Shown one piece after another: positions 30,745-42,538 of a stretch of 51,872 bases of DNA. A program made the translations under genes and the position numbers. This DNA is from Acaryochloridaceae cyanobacterium VAR_48_metabat_390 (GTDB taxonomy: Bacteria > Cyanobacteriota > Cyanobacteriia > Thermosynechococcales > Thermosynechococcaceae). Location of the stretch: positions 1-51,872 of the forward strand of contig JANPLU010000099.1 of NCBI GenBank assembly GCA_031422435.1. The letters run 5' to 3'. The notes under the pieces were generated by a model. It was given only the letters and a program-made list of their open reading frames with translations, was not told where the DNA came from and searched no databases. Position 1 is the stretch's first letter. Every line of letters starts with the position of its first letter.

Positions 30745-31221
30745 GTGGCTAAGACCGTCAAAATCAATTCCATCAACGAAGAAACATCCGTTGAAACCAA
30801 CGAGAGCCTGCTGTCTTTACTGATTAAAAAGGATCTCAAGGTTTCTCAAGAGTGCGGTGGACGCGGCATGTGTGCAACGTGCCATATTTTTATCACCGAG
30901 GGCATGGAACATCTGTCTCCGATGAGCCGCCGAGAGCAGCGAACGCTTGAAGTCATCACAACCTGCAAGATGAATTCTCGCCTAGCCTGCCAATCTCGCG
31001 TGGTGGGGGATGGCGTTGTGGTTGAACTCCCTGCTGGGATGTATGTCAGTGAGGTTGAAGATATTGAGTCTCTCATTGGGCAACGAGCATCTCAGGATAT
31101 TTTGCACCCGCTGTACGGCACGATTCTGGTCGAAGCGGGCAAACTCATTACGCGCTCTATGATCAGTCAGCTCAAAGATACTCAAGGAGAGGTATCAAAA
31201 GCGCTGTCTCAAGCTGACTAA
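30745..31221 (+). CDS. 2Fe-2S ferredoxin with C-terminal extension (Slr0148/Fd5-like)
   Basis: CGGRGMCATC...RLACQ (C-x5-C-x2-C...C). Confidence 0.92.
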   Translation: MAKTVKINSINEETSVETNESLLSLLIKKDLKVSQECGGRGMCATCHIFITEGMEHLSPMSRREQRTLEVITTCKMNSRLACQSRVVGDGVVVELPAGMYVSEVEDIESLIGQRASQDILHPLYGTILVEAGKLITRSMISQLKDTQGEVSKALSQAD

Positions 31222-31288
31222 GCCTGAGTTTTAATCACTTTTAAGACGTTTGCTTCTCTTTCTTTATCGTATGGATGTTCTATAGACT

Positions 31289-31756
31289 ATGTTGACCCAA
31301 CTCTCTCGCCTTGCTGTTGAAGCGGATGGACGATATGTCTCTGCCGAAGAACTTCAGTTTTTGAAAGACTATTTACAAACGGCTCCTCAGCGTGCGGCAG
31401 CCTACAAGACGGTCAGAGACAATGAGGCATTTTTGCTCGAAGATCTTCACAGTACGGTTAAAACGACTGACGGCAGCTCTTTGTTTAAGGGCACTCAAGA
31501 TGTCTCTAATTTTTTCAAGCGCGACCAAAAGCACATTTTAAGAGTTGCGTCAGCAGCCATGCTGTTTAGCGATCTAGACTTTCTGCGAGAAGGCTTATTG
31601 CTATGGCATCGCACCATCATCAAGGCGTTTGGGGTTGAACGACCCGCTCAGGTGGCCTGCCAAGTTTGGCCCACCGTGATGGGCAAATATTTGTCAACGG
31701 ATGAGTATAAGTTTATGTCGCCCGTGGTGGGGCTAATTCGAGCCATTCTTGGCTAG
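31289..31756 (+). CDS. Phycobiliprotein/globin-fold protein (Slr0149-like)
   Basis: EADGRYVSAEEL, KRD...LR, LLWHRTIIKAF. Confidence 0.8.
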   Translation: MLTQLSRLAVEADGRYVSAEELQFLKDYLQTAPQRAAAYKTVRDNEAFLLEDLHSTVKTTDGSSLFKGTQDVSNFFKRDQKHILRVASAAMLFSDLDFLREGLLLWHRTIIKAFGVERPAQVACQVWPTVMGKYLSTDEYKFMSPVVGLIRAILG

Positions 31757-31849
31757 GGTTCTGATGTGCTGCTGCCGCTGCACTACCCATAGATTTTGTC
31801 GGATATTTACTCTTTTTTGTTGGTCGAACTGTACTGAAGGTATCGAGAA

Positions 31850-32656
31850 ATGGTTATGTCTCAAAATGTAGAAAGCAAAGAAAACAATAGGGTTCAATCT
31901 AATGGGCTGGGCTGGTTAGAAGGGGCATCAATTTTAGGTGCCGTTGGAGCCACCATTGGGGGCGTAGTTGGGGGTGCGATCGCCACTCAAAACCTCATCA
32001 TGCTGACGGCACTGCCCCTGTCTTTGGCGGCTGCGCTTAACTTTAAGCAGCGGCAGCAGATGCAGTCTGCCATGCACGAACATATTGAGCATTACCACCA
32101 AAGACTGCATGAGGTAAAGGAAACCACTGAAGCCCTCGCGGGAACCGATCGGATTCTCATGATTCAGCTCAACACAACCAACAATCGCATTGATGAAGTG
32201 AATGAAACCCTGCTTAATCTTGATACTCAAATCGAGACCCTAAGAGAGCAGGCCACAACAATGGCTCAAAAGCAGTCGGAGCTGATGGAAAGCACTTTAG
32301 AAGAAAGCTACTACCGTCGTGGTCTTGAGCTAGAAAAGCGCGGAGAATTCAAGGATGCGATGGCTGCCTACACCGAAGCGCTTCGGGTTAACCCGAACTA
32401 CGCTCAGGCCTACATGCAACTCGGGTCTGCCTTCGCCCATGCCGGACAGAAACAGCAGGCGATCGCCCATCTGCGAACCGCTACAAAACTTTTCTTTGAG
32501 AGCGGCGATTTGGACAGCTACCATACCGCCCGTGAAATGAGCGAAACGGTTCACGCAGGCGGTATGACTACCGAACCCGCAGCGGTAAGACCCAATCAAT
32601 CTGAGTCATCTTTAGAATCAGAAGCGCGACTGGCAGTGGATGAGCTGTTTGTATAA
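31850..32656 (+). CDS. Membrane-anchored coiled-coil TPR protein (Slr0151-like by position)
   Basis: Two N-terminal hydrophobic segments, coiled coil, two TPRs (YYRRG..., AQAYMQLG...). Confidence 0.8.
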   Translation: MVMSQNVESKENNRVQSNGLGWLEGASILGAVGATIGGVVGGAIATQNLIMLTALPLSLAAALNFKQRQQMQSAMHEHIEHYHQRLHEVKETTEALAGTDRILMIQLNTTNNRIDEVNETLLNLDTQIETLREQATTMAQKQSELMESTLEESYYRRGLELEKRGEFKDAMAAYTEALRVNPNYAQAYMQLGSAFAHAGQKQQAIAHLRTATKLFFESGDLDSYHTAREMSETVHAGGMTTEPAAVRPNQSESSLESEARLAVDELFV

Positions 32657-32823
32657 AAGCCGTGGGGAAAGGATCTACCCGACTCAAGTTCGCCGACTCA
32701 CAGGGTGAATTCTGAAAACCCAGACATTTGTATGCATAATGTCAGATAAAGGATGGGCATCTTAAGCATGTTGCTTGCCTTCAAGGCGCGCCTTAAGATG
32801 CTCTCAAATTGCCTGGCTGCAGA

Positions 32824-34635
32824 ATGAAAAACTCGCGCTATCACATCCTAGGGGAAGTTGGGCAAGGTCAGTTCGGCAAGGTATTCTGCGGGTGTGATCG
32901 CACAACAGGCGAGCTTTTTGCCCTTAAAAGCCTAGACCACCTCCGGTTTCCAACCCACAGCTTTTTAAAAGAGCTGGCGATTTTGGTGAGACTCAACCAT
33001 CCTAATATCGTTAGCTTTCATGGAGTTGAGTATAAGCATGTTGGGCGCTACATTGTCATGGACTACTGCCAAGGCGGCACGTTGCGGCAGTTGATGGAGT
33101 CCAAAATAGATCTCTCTCTGATTCAAAAATTAGGGCTGGTTCAAGGCACCCTGCAAGGTCTAGAGCATATCCATCAGCATGGTATCATTCACTGCGATCT
33201 CAAGCCTGAGAATATTTTGCTAGACGTGACGCATCAAGGCTGGACTGCCAAAATTGCAGACTTTGGAATTGCACGCTTCATAGACCAATCAGAGGTGAAG
33301 ATGAGCAGGGCAGGAGATACGGGATCACCTGCCTACATGGCTCCCGAACGATTTTACGGTCGCTACTCACCAGAGTCAGATCTGTACGCCATCGGCGTAT
33401 TGCTCTATGAACTTGTCTCTGGGCAGCGGCCTTTCTCAGGTATGCCGAGCGACGTAATGAAGGCTCACTTTAACCAGCCTTTACGCATTCCTAAATCTAT
33501 CCCAACGCTACTCAAGGCCATTATTCGTAAAGCACTTCAGAAACTGCCGCAGCATCGTTACCGTTCTGCCACAGAAATGAGGATGGTGCTTGAGACGGTT
33601 ATTAGCAGTCTTCATCACGCAAACTCTTCTGAGGCGGTCAAGATATCGGAACCGATTTCACTTCCGCAGAGCGACTCTCCGCCGCCCACGTCTTATTCCA
33701 TTGAGCGAACATTAAAAACTCAAACCTTTGCTCGGCAGATAAAAATTCATCCAGATCAACTTTTACCCTACCTTTCGCTGGATCAGGTCATTGATCGACT
33801 TTGGCCTAGACCCCAAGGATGCATTATTGCCACCCACTTAAAGCAGGAGCTGAGTCTTTGGCTAAAATCAACTGACAAAATTCAGCGACTTGGAACATTC
33901 TCTGTCCCTCCTATCCACGCCAATGTATTCCCCAGCGCTTGTATTGATGTAGAGCCTCAGGGTCATTGGCTCGCAATGCTCTATGACAAACCTTCCGCTG
34001 CCGAACCAAAGCCTCACTTAGAGTCTGCTCAAGTGTTGCCGAGTAGCCACCTTAAAATTTGGAGATTCTCCGCGCTCAACGCCGCAAAAACGATGGCGCT
34101 GGAGGACAACGCCACACAGGTTTGGACTACCAGCGATCGCCACCTACTGATCGCCTATACCCCCACGACAGATCCCCTCAACCCCCATAATCTACGGCAG
34201 CGCCTACAGTTCTGGAATCGTCGGGGTCAGTCTTACTGGACTTACGATTTTGAAGGCGTGATCAAAGCCGCAGTGCCCAGCCGCACACAAAATCAGCTCT
34301 TTGCCATCACCGATGCTCAGAACGCGACAGGGCTAATCATCAGCCTCTCTCCGCTCAAAATTAAGCGAGTTCACCTCAACATGGGCGCAGACTGGGTTTG
34401 TACGGCACATTGGGGCTATGTTTTGGGCGATCACCTAGGCAATATCGTCTGCCTCAATCGGCGGGGCAGAACCGTGGCGCAGGCAAAACTTCCCCTAACA
34501 GCCGATCTAGAAATCAGCACAGTGGCCTTCACAGATCCAGCCACACTGCTCATTACAACAAATCAAAATGAGAGAGGCACCGTACTGAGCCTAGATTTAA
34601 GCCCACACCTGCCCAGAAGCCTTTTAAGTCTCTAA
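32824..34635 (+). CDS. spkG: Ser/Thr protein kinase, SpkG-like
   Basis: GQGQFGKV, ALK, HCDLKPEN, ADFG, GSPAYMAPERF; beta-rich C-terminal region; last gene of the V4R/ferredoxin operon. Confidence 0.8.
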   Translation: MKNSRYHILGEVGQGQFGKVFCGCDRTTGELFALKSLDHLRFPTHSFLKELAILVRLNHPNIVSFHGVEYKHVGRYIVMDYCQGGTLRQLMESKIDLSLIQKLGLVQGTLQGLEHIHQHGIIHCDLKPENILLDVTHQGWTAKIADFGIARFIDQSEVKMSRAGDTGSPAYMAPERFYGRYSPESDLYAIGVLLYELVSGQRPFSGMPSDVMKAHFNQPLRIPKSIPTLLKAIIRKALQKLPQHRYRSATEMRMVLETVISSLHHANSSEAVKISEPISLPQSDSPPPTSYSIERTLKTQTFARQIKIHPDQLLPYLSLDQVIDRLWPRPQGCIIATHLKQELSLWLKSTDKIQRLGTFSVPPIHANVFPSACIDVEPQGHWLAMLYDKPSAAEPKPHLESAQVLPSSHLKIWRFSALNAAKTMALEDNATQVWTTSDRHLLIAYTPTTDPLNPHNLRQRLQFWNRRGQSYWTYDFEGVIKAAVPSRTQNQLFAITDAQNATGLIISLSPLKIKRVHLNMGADWVCTAHWGYVLGDHLGNIVCLNRRGRTVAQAKLPLTADLEISTVAFTDPATLLITTNQNERGTVLSLDLSPHLPRSLLSL

Positions 34636-35996
34636 GCCGCCTGAAGAATCTGGGCTGCAACCACAAGGCTTTCCTCAAACAAAATGTCGTGTCCCCAGCG
34701 CTGAAGCTGCTGACTCATCAACACTTCTGGGCTATGCTCCGTGAGCGGCGAAACGTGCTGCACGCGACAAGACTGGGCACCGCCCCCTGCCTCCATCCGC
34801 ATACAGCCCCGCGTTTCGGAGCAAATCACCGTGCAGCAGTCGGCCTCTAGGTTCGTCGAGGCTAACTTTAGATCAATTAAATCACCCAGCACATTCCCTG
34901 GGTTCCCCACCGGAATGGCAGCGAGTTCAGCCTCAATGTTGAGCTGCTCCTCATTGGTAAATTTGATGCGCCACAGATCGTAGTCGCCCCCTTCATGGGT
35001 ACTCGAGACAAAGTGCCAGTTTAATCGGCTTGCTAACCAGCCCAAGTATAAAAATGCCTGAGATGCATTACCCGCCTCGTAATCTAAAACGAAGCGATCC
35101 ACTTCTTTGAGCGCCGCCCGTCGAGAGGGTGGATCAAATGCTTCTGCCGTTAGCTCTTGCCAAGTCGCTAATCGCCGCCAGTTGAGATCCGCAATGTTAA
35201 TGCCCTTTTGGTGCAGGCTTTGGATATTTACTAAGGCGGTGGTGGCTTCAGTAAAGGTGCTGGAGTCTACAATGACCAAATTGGTGAAGGATGAAAGTTT
35301 GCGAAATAGATCCTGCTGGAGGTCGGGGATCGACTTCCACCACAAAAATTTAGGCAGATCTGCAATCAGCAAAGACTGGATGAAGCCGCTGGCTTCTGCC
35401 AACTCCTGCTCCGTGCCCTTAAGGGTGATGTATTCGCAGCAAATTAAGCTGCCACTGCTCTGTTTTTGGACGGGGCAGTAGGCCGAAACCTGAGCCGTCA
35501 CGCCCCCTGTCGATTCTGGAATCGGGCACAGGGTAATAAGGCGACAGGGGTTTTGACTGGCAACCTCATCGGCAACGCCTGCTCCCCCCGCATCAAGTGC
35601 GTAGGAGACTTGCGGGACGGGGGTGGCCTCATTGAGCTGCGATCGCCTCGACATCAACTGCTCCCGCAGCGTGACCAGCAGCTCCGGCGAAGAATAGCCA
35701 TTGATCATCAGACCTAAGTGGTTTTGAGCCACCTGAATTGCGGCCTTTGTACGGGGGCCATCTACCCCATCAATGGGGCCTTTGTAGTAGCCCAGCTCTG
35801 CCAGAAGTTGTTGTGTTTCAGAAGGTTCGTACACAATTAGACTAAAGGTTTTAGCCCGCGTTGCACCCGCCAGAGTGCCATCATCATCCGCTGCTAAATC
35901 CGTTGTCCAAATTTTATTGAGTTCCCCATTCACCTCCTCAAGAGATACATTTTGAGGAGCTTTCAGCGCAATTAGGGGGGCAGGAGAAGTGATCAT
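34632..35996 (-). CDS. opcA: Glucose-6-phosphate dehydrogenase assembly protein
   Basis: NPCRLITL, AQVSAYCP, CCEYITL, DLNWRRL..WQEL; internal PG-binding-like segment LGYYKGPIDG..GPRT; downstream of zwf. Confidence 0.95.
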   Translation of the reverse strand: MITSPAPLIALKAPQNVSLEEVNGELNKIWTTDLAADDDGTLAGATRAKTFSLIVYEPSETQQLLAELGYYKGPIDGVDGPRTKAAIQVAQNHLGLMINGYSSPELLVTLREQLMSRRSQLNEATPVPQVSYALDAGGAGVADEVASQNPCRLITLCPIPESTGGVTAQVSAYCPVQKQSSGSLICCEYITLKGTEQELAEASGFIQSLLIADLPKFLWWKSIPDLQQDLFRKLSSFTNLVIVDSSTFTEATTALVNIQSLHQKGINIADLNWRRLATWQELTAEAFDPPSRRAALKEVDRFVLDYEAGNASQAFLYLGWLASRLNWHFVSSTHEGGDYDLWRIKFTNEEQLNIEAELAAIPVGNPGNVLGDLIDLKLASTNLEADCCTVICSETRGCMRMEAGGGAQSCRVQHVSPLTEHSPEVLMSQQLQRWGHDILFEESLVVAAQILQAA

Positions 35997-36046
35997 AACG
36001 CCTACGTTTTATGCCTTTAAGTGGATAATAACTAACAAAAGTTTGC

Positions 36047-37579
36047 CTAAAGTCTGCGCCAACGACGACCATCACGATTGAGCAACTGCTCAGCGGCTTC
36101 CGGCTCCCAGGTTCCTGCTTCATGGGTGGGCATGTCTGCCGGATTGGTGGGAGATTCCCACACCGTAAGGGCAGGGGTGACAACGCGCCAGGCTGCTTCT
36201 ACTTCATCTGCGCGGGTGAACAGGGTTTGATCCCCCATCATGCAGTCTAAAAGAAGGCGATCGTAAGCCTCACCGCTGGTGGCACCAAAGGCTGCGCCAT
36301 AGCCAAAGTCCATATCAACGGATCGCGTTCGCAAATCAGGCCCTGGCATTTTGACCTCAAAGCGCAGCTCAATCCCCTCATTGGGCTGAATCCGCAGGGT
36401 CAACACATTGGGGTTAACCTGCTGTGCGGCGGACTGAAAAATTAAAAAGGGCACTTCTCTGAAGTGAATCGAGATTTCGCTCACCTTTTTAGGCAATCGC
36501 TTGCCCGTTCGTAGGTAAAAGGGAACCCCTTGCCAGCGCCAGGTATCAATCATCAGCTTCATGGCGACAAAAGTCGGGGTGTTGGAGTCGGGATCAACCC
36601 CTGGCTCCTGCCGATAGCCCTCCACAGGCTTGCCCTTCATCCAGCCCTTGCTGTACTGACCGCGAACCGCAGAATGCTCTAAGTTATTAATGTCTGCCAG
36701 ACGCATAGCCTGTAATACCTTCACTTTCTCATTGCGAATGCTGTCCGCGTCTAGGGCATTAGGCGGTTCCATTGCCGTGAGGCAGAGAAGCTGCAAAATA
36801 TGGTTTTGCACCATGTCTCGCAGGGCACCTGCACTTTCGTAATAGCCAGCGCGGTCTTCGACTCCAACGGTTTCTGCCACCGTAATTTGGACGTGATCGA
36901 CAAACTGTCGATTCCAAAGCGGCTCAAAAATGGCGTTCGCAAACCGAAAAACCAGTAGGTTTTGAACGGTTTCTTTGCCTAAATAGTGGTCAATCCGGTA
37001 AACCTGATTTTCGCGGCAGACTTTTTGCACCACTTTGTTGAGCGCCTGAGCCGATTGAAGATCGCGCCCAAAGGGTTTTTCAATCACCAGCCGCGTTTTC
37101 TCGCGATCTTTGAGCATCCCCGCTGAGCCAAGCTGCTGGATGGCCTCAGAGAAAAACTTAGGAGAAACCGAAAGGTAAAAGACCCGATTGCCGAAGGTGC
37201 CGCGCCGCCCATCTAGCTCAGACAAAAATAGGTTGAGCTTTTGGTAAAAGGCAGGATCGTCCATATCGCCAGGGCAGTAAAACAAGCCTTCGGCAAAATT
37301 ATTCCAGGCATCCTCTGATTTAACGCCGTCCGAAAATTCTTCCACTCCCTGCTTGAGATGCTCTCGGAAAAACTCATGGCTCCACTCCCGTCGCGCCACG
37401 CCCACGATAGTCAGCTCGCTAGGGAGCCGACGAGACTGCATGAGGTGATAGATAGCAGGAACCAGCTTCCGCTGAGTGAGATCGCCGGAAGCGCCAAAAA
37501 TGACCAGAATTTGGGGTTCTGGGATGCGCTCTTGCTGAAGACCAACGCGCAGCGGATTTTCGAGAAACGTAGTCGCCAT
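36047..37579 (-). CDS. zwf: Glucose-6-phosphate 1-dehydrogenase
   Basis: [28 protein letters not shown]. Confidence 0.99.
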   Translation of the reverse strand: MATTFLENPLRVGLQQERIPEPQILVIFGASGDLTQRKLVPAIYHLMQSRRLPSELTIVGVARREWSHEFFREHLKQGVEEFSDGVKSEDAWNNFAEGLFYCPGDMDDPAFYQKLNLFLSELDGRRGTFGNRVFYLSVSPKFFSEAIQQLGSAGMLKDREKTRLVIEKPFGRDLQSAQALNKVVQKVCRENQVYRIDHYLGKETVQNLLVFRFANAIFEPLWNRQFVDHVQITVAETVGVEDRAGYYESAGALRDMVQNHILQLLCLTAMEPPNALDADSIRNEKVKVLQAMRLADINNLEHSAVRGQYSKGWMKGKPVEGYRQEPGVDPDSNTPTFVAMKLMIDTWRWQGVPFYLRTGKRLPKKVSEISIHFREVPFLIFQSAAQQVNPNVLTLRIQPNEGIELRFEVKMPGPDLRTRSVDMDFGYGAAFGATSGEAYDRLLLDCMMGDQTLFTRADEVEAAWRVVTPALTVWESPTNPADMPTHEAGTWEPEAAEQLLNRDGRRWRRL

Positions 37580-37603
37580 AGGGTTATTGCGCCGTAGATT
37601 TAT

Positions 37604-38758
37604 TTATACCGTCGCCAGTCGATTGACCTTTTCTTCGAGGGAGTGTAGCAGCGATTCAAAGGGCTGCACAAACTTCACGATGCCGTCTTCTAACAGCTCT
37701 ACCATCACCTGATCGAGGTCAATGTAGATGTCAGGGTCGCTGAGGGATGCGATCACCTGCATTGCCTCTTCCACGTTTGTTGCAACGCGGTTGTCTACGT
37801 CACAGTGGTCGGCACAGGCTTTGATGGTGCTGGGGGGTAGGGTGTTCACCGTATCTGGCCCAATCAGCTCATCTACATACATCACGTCACTATAGTTGGG
37901 GTTTTTGGTGCCCGTGCTGGCCCACAGCAGCCGCTGCACGCGTGCGCCTTTGGCAGAGAGAGCCTTCCAGCGATCGCTGCGGATAATCTTCAGATATTCC
38001 TGGTAGGCTACTTTGGCATTGGCGATCGCCACTTTCCCCTCAATCGACTTCAATCGCTCAACGAGAGCGGCGTTGTCCCCCGCCTCCTTAATTCGGTCTT
38101 CTAGCAGATCGTCAATTTTGCTGTCAATTCGGCTGAGAAAAAAGCTGGCAACCGACGAAATATTGCTGATGTCTTTGCCTTCTGCCACCCGCTTTTCTAA
38201 ACCTCGGATGTATGCCCAAGCCGTATCAATGTAGCTTTGTACTGAAAACAGGAGCGTCACATTCACGCTAATGCCATCGGCAATCACCTGCTCTACTGCC
38301 GGAAGCCCTTCTGGGGTGCCAGGGATCTTAATCATCACGTTAGGGCGATCAATCACCTGATGGTAGCGACGCGCTTCAGTGATTGTCGTTTGAGTATCAT
38401 CAGAGATCGTCGGAGGCACCTCAATGCTGATATAGCCATCGAGTCCGTCCGTTTGGTCGTAGATGGGGCGAAAGATATCGCAGGCATTGCGGATGTCGTC
38501 AAAAGTGAGCGACTCATAAATTTCGAGTACCGATTTTTTGGCGCGGATGCCTGCTTCGATATCGGCATCGTAGATCGCATTTCCGGCGATCGCCTTTTCA
38601 AAAATAGCCGGATTGGACGTTACGCCCCGGACACCCTGATTTTCAATCCAGTCGATGAGTTCGCCAGACTGAACTAAATCGCGACTCAGGTTATCCATCC
38701 AGATGCTTTGACCGAAATCTTTGATTTCAAGGATGTGGTTCACAGCGGAATCAGTCAT
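37604..38758 (-). CDS. tal: Transaldolase
   Basis: WMDNLSR, GVTSNPAIF, MIKIPGT, NVTLLFS, SVASFFLSRID, LWAST. Confidence 0.98.
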   Translation of the reverse strand: MTDSAVNHILEIKDFGQSIWMDNLSRDLVQSGELIDWIENQGVRGVTSNPAIFEKAIAGNAIYDADIEAGIRAKKSVLEIYESLTFDDIRNACDIFRPIYDQTDGLDGYISIEVPPTISDDTQTTITEARRYHQVIDRPNVMIKIPGTPEGLPAVEQVIADGISVNVTLLFSVQSYIDTAWAYIRGLEKRVAEGKDISNISSVASFFLSRIDSKIDDLLEDRIKEAGDNAALVERLKSIEGKVAIANAKVAYQEYLKIIRSDRWKALSAKGARVQRLLWASTGTKNPNYSDVMYVDELIGPDTVNTLPPSTIKACADHCDVDNRVATNVEEAMQVIASLSDPDIYIDLDQVMVELLEDGIVKFVQPFESLLHSLEEKVNRLATV

Positions 38759-38806
38759 AGTCGTTCTCTCAACGCAACAATCATCGAAACTTTAAGCATC
38801 AAAACC

Positions 38807-39880
38807 TTAAGACGTGACCTGAAGCCTATCTTGCGCAAGCGTTTTTTTCTCCTCAATAAAAGACTCTACTAAAGCAACATTATCTTTGCTACCAATAATC
38901 AATGGCGTTCGCTGGTGCAAATAGTGCGGCACTTCATCTAAAAGCGGCTGAATACCTGTGCTGGCACTGCCGCCTGCCTGCTCCATCAAAAACGCAAGGG
39001 GTGCCGATTCGTAAAGGAGACGCAGTTTGCCCTCTGGATCTTTGAGCGTTCCTGGGTATAAAAATACGCCGCCCTGAAACAAAATGCGATGAATATCACC
39101 CACTAGCGCCCCACTATAGCGCGCGGTATAGCCCTCGTGTCTATGAACATACCGAATAAAGTCACGAATGGCTTCATCGCACTGCCAGAAATTCCCTTCG
39201 TTGACGCTGTAGACAGGCCCGTGCTTAGGGATGCGAATATTTTCATTGGAGAGAATAAACTCACCCAGGCTGGGATCAAGGGTAAAGGCATGAACCCCCT
39301 TTCCAATCGAATACACCAGCATGGTGCTAGGACCGTACAAAATATAGCCTGCGGCAAGCTGATGATGACCATTTTGGAGTAAATTCGCCCCAATCTGGTC
39401 GGGATCATCCCCGATCTGCTGACGAATGGAAAAAATAGACCCAACATTGAGGTTAATGTCTACGTTAGAAGACCCATCAATGGGGTCGTAGAGCAGCGTA
39501 TAGCGACCAATGGGGCAGTTCTCAGGGATGTAGTAAGGCTTCTCCATTTCTTCAGAAGCCATTTGGCAAACCAGACCGCTCTGCTTAAAGACGGCGATAA
39601 AGACCTCGTTTGCAAACAAGTCCATCTTTTTAACCGCTTCGCCCTGAACATTAATGTCCCCCGTAAACCCAAGGGCATCTTCTAGTAGCCCAGCACGGCT
39701 CAGCCGACGGGCGATTATTTTGCCTGCCAAGGCAATGCGGCTCATGATAGCGCTTAAATCTTGGGCATCAGGGCCAAAGCTTTGCAGTTGCTGAAGCACA
39801 TGGCGCGACAGCGTGGTGCAGTCTCGGTCTAACGCATAGTCGTAGGACAGTTCCATCGGGGCTGTATCTAAATTAGCCAT
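38807..39880 (-). CDS. fbp: Class I fructose-1,6-bisphosphatase
   Basis: [29 protein letters not shown]. Confidence 0.98.
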   Translation of the reverse strand: MANLDTAPMELSYDYALDRDCTTLSRHVLQQLQSFGPDAQDLSAIMSRIALAGKIIARRLSRAGLLEDALGFTGDINVQGEAVKKMDLFANEVFIAVFKQSGLVCQMASEEMEKPYYIPENCPIGRYTLLYDPIDGSSNVDINLNVGSIFSIRQQIGDDPDQIGANLLQNGHHQLAAGYILYGPSTMLVYSIGKGVHAFTLDPSLGEFILSNENIRIPKHGPVYSVNEGNFWQCDEAIRDFIRYVHRHEGYTARYSGALVGDIHRILFQGGVFLYPGTLKDPEGKLRLLYESAPLAFLMEQAGGSASTGIQPLLDEVPHYLHQRTPLIIGSKDNVALVESFIEEKKTLAQDRLQVTS

Positions 39881-39961
39881 ATTCCCTTTTTATCTTTGAT
39901 TAGGGTAGCCGACAGAAAACGTTCCTGCGGTGTTGAGCGTTACGGCTCACCTATATCTTAA

Positions 39962-40000
39962 GAAAAAGAAAGAGGATGCGATGGATCGCATCCTCTTTCT
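39962..40000 (-). terminator. Intrinsic terminator after chlN
   Basis: AGAAAGAGGATGCGAT-GG-ATCGCATCCTCTTTCT inverted repeat; runs into a U-rich tract on the minus strand, 20 nt after the chlN stop. Confidence 0.85.
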
Positions 40001-40019
40001 CTACAGAAATCAGCGTTCT

Positions 40020-41462
<1,443 letters not shown>

Positions 41463-41542
41463 CTAAGTCAGCACTGTTTTGAAATTAAGAATCGTGAATT
41501 AAATAACTTGGGGAATTGTTTAGAAGCGATACGCTTTGCACT

Positions 41543-41626
41543 CCCTCATCCCCTAACCCCTTCTCCCAGAGCGGGAGAAGGGGAACAAGATTCTTTTTAC
41601 TCCCCTATCCCGTTCTAGGAGAGGGG
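41543..41626. repeat. Cyanobacterial palindromic dispersed repeat (same family as 1-64)
   Basis: CCCCTTCTCCC-AGAGC-GGGAGAAGGGG hairpin, then ACAAGATTCTT and a second degenerate hairpin. Confidence 0.8.
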
Positions 41627-41668
41627 CAAAATTGAGGTTATCTAACCCACGACCCTAAAGTTTTGGAA

Positions 41669-42538
41669 CTAAACCATCATCAAATCAAGTTCTTCGTCTG
41701 CGGTCTGGGATTGCTTGGCAGGCACTGGGTTGAGGTAGAAATCTGACAGCAGCGCAAACAAATCGCGATCGGGCGTGTCATTGGGCACCACGCCTTCAGG
41801 TCGCGCCAAAATTTGGTCGGCAATGTTGAGGTAGTAGTCGCAAACATAGTTGAGCGAAGGATCAGATTCCGCCATCTCAAACAGGGTCTTACCTTTCACC
41901 CGCGAAACCCTAATATCTTCAATCAGGGGCAACACCTCTAGCACGGGCATGGGCACTGCTTCAATGTACTTTTCAATAAGGTCGCGCTTAGAGGTGCGAT
42001 TTCCGATCAGTCCGGCAAGGCGGAGGGGGTGAGTCCGCGCTTTTTCGCGCACGGAGGCGGCAATACGGTTGGCGGCAAAGAGGGCATCAAAGCCGTTGTC
42101 GGTCACAATTAGGCAGTAGTCGGCGTAGTTGAGGGGCGCAGCAAAGCCACCACAGACCACGTCGCCCAGCACATCAAACAAAATCACGTCGTATTCATCA
42201 AAGGCGTTTAGCTCTTTAAGCAGCTTGACGGTTTCACCTACCACATAGCCGCCGCAGCCAGCACCTGCTGGAGGCCCACCTGCCTCAACGCAGTCTACGC
42301 CGCCATAGCCTTTATAAATCACGTCTTCGGGCCACACATCTTCATAGTGATAATCTTTGGCCTGAAGCGTATCAATAATGGTGGGGATCAAGAACCCCGT
42401 TAGGGTAAAGGTGCTGTCGTGTTTGGGGTCACACCCAATTTGCAATACCTTTTTGCCTCGACGCGCGAGCGCTACAGAAATATTGCAGCTTGTGGTCGAC
42501 TTACCAATTCCGCCTTTGCCGTAAACTGCGAGTTTCAC
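41669..42538 (-). CDS. chlL: Light-independent protochlorophyllide reductase iron-sulfur ATP-binding protein
   Basis: [40 protein letters not shown] start at 42538 after GAGG. Confidence 0.99.
   Translation of the reverse strand: MKLAVYGKGGIGKSTTSCNISVALARRGKKVLQIGCDPKHDSTFTLTGFLIPTIIDTLQAKDYHYEDVWPEDVIYKGYGGVDCVEAGGPPAGAGCGGYVVGETVKLLKELNAFDEYDVILFDVLGDVVCGGFAAPLNYADYCLIVTDNGFDALFAANRIAASVREKARTHPLRLAGLIGNRTSKRDLIEKYIEAVPMPVLEVLPLIEDIRVSRVKGKTLFEMAESDPSLNYVCDYYLNIADQILARPEGVVPNDTPDRDLFALLSDFYLNPVPAKQSQTADEELDLMMV

Noticed and set aside
34632..39880. fbp-tal-zwf-opcA cluster and the PG-binding-like insert in OpcA as a novelty
   Set aside because: Known cyanobacterial operon arrangement and a known OpcA feature
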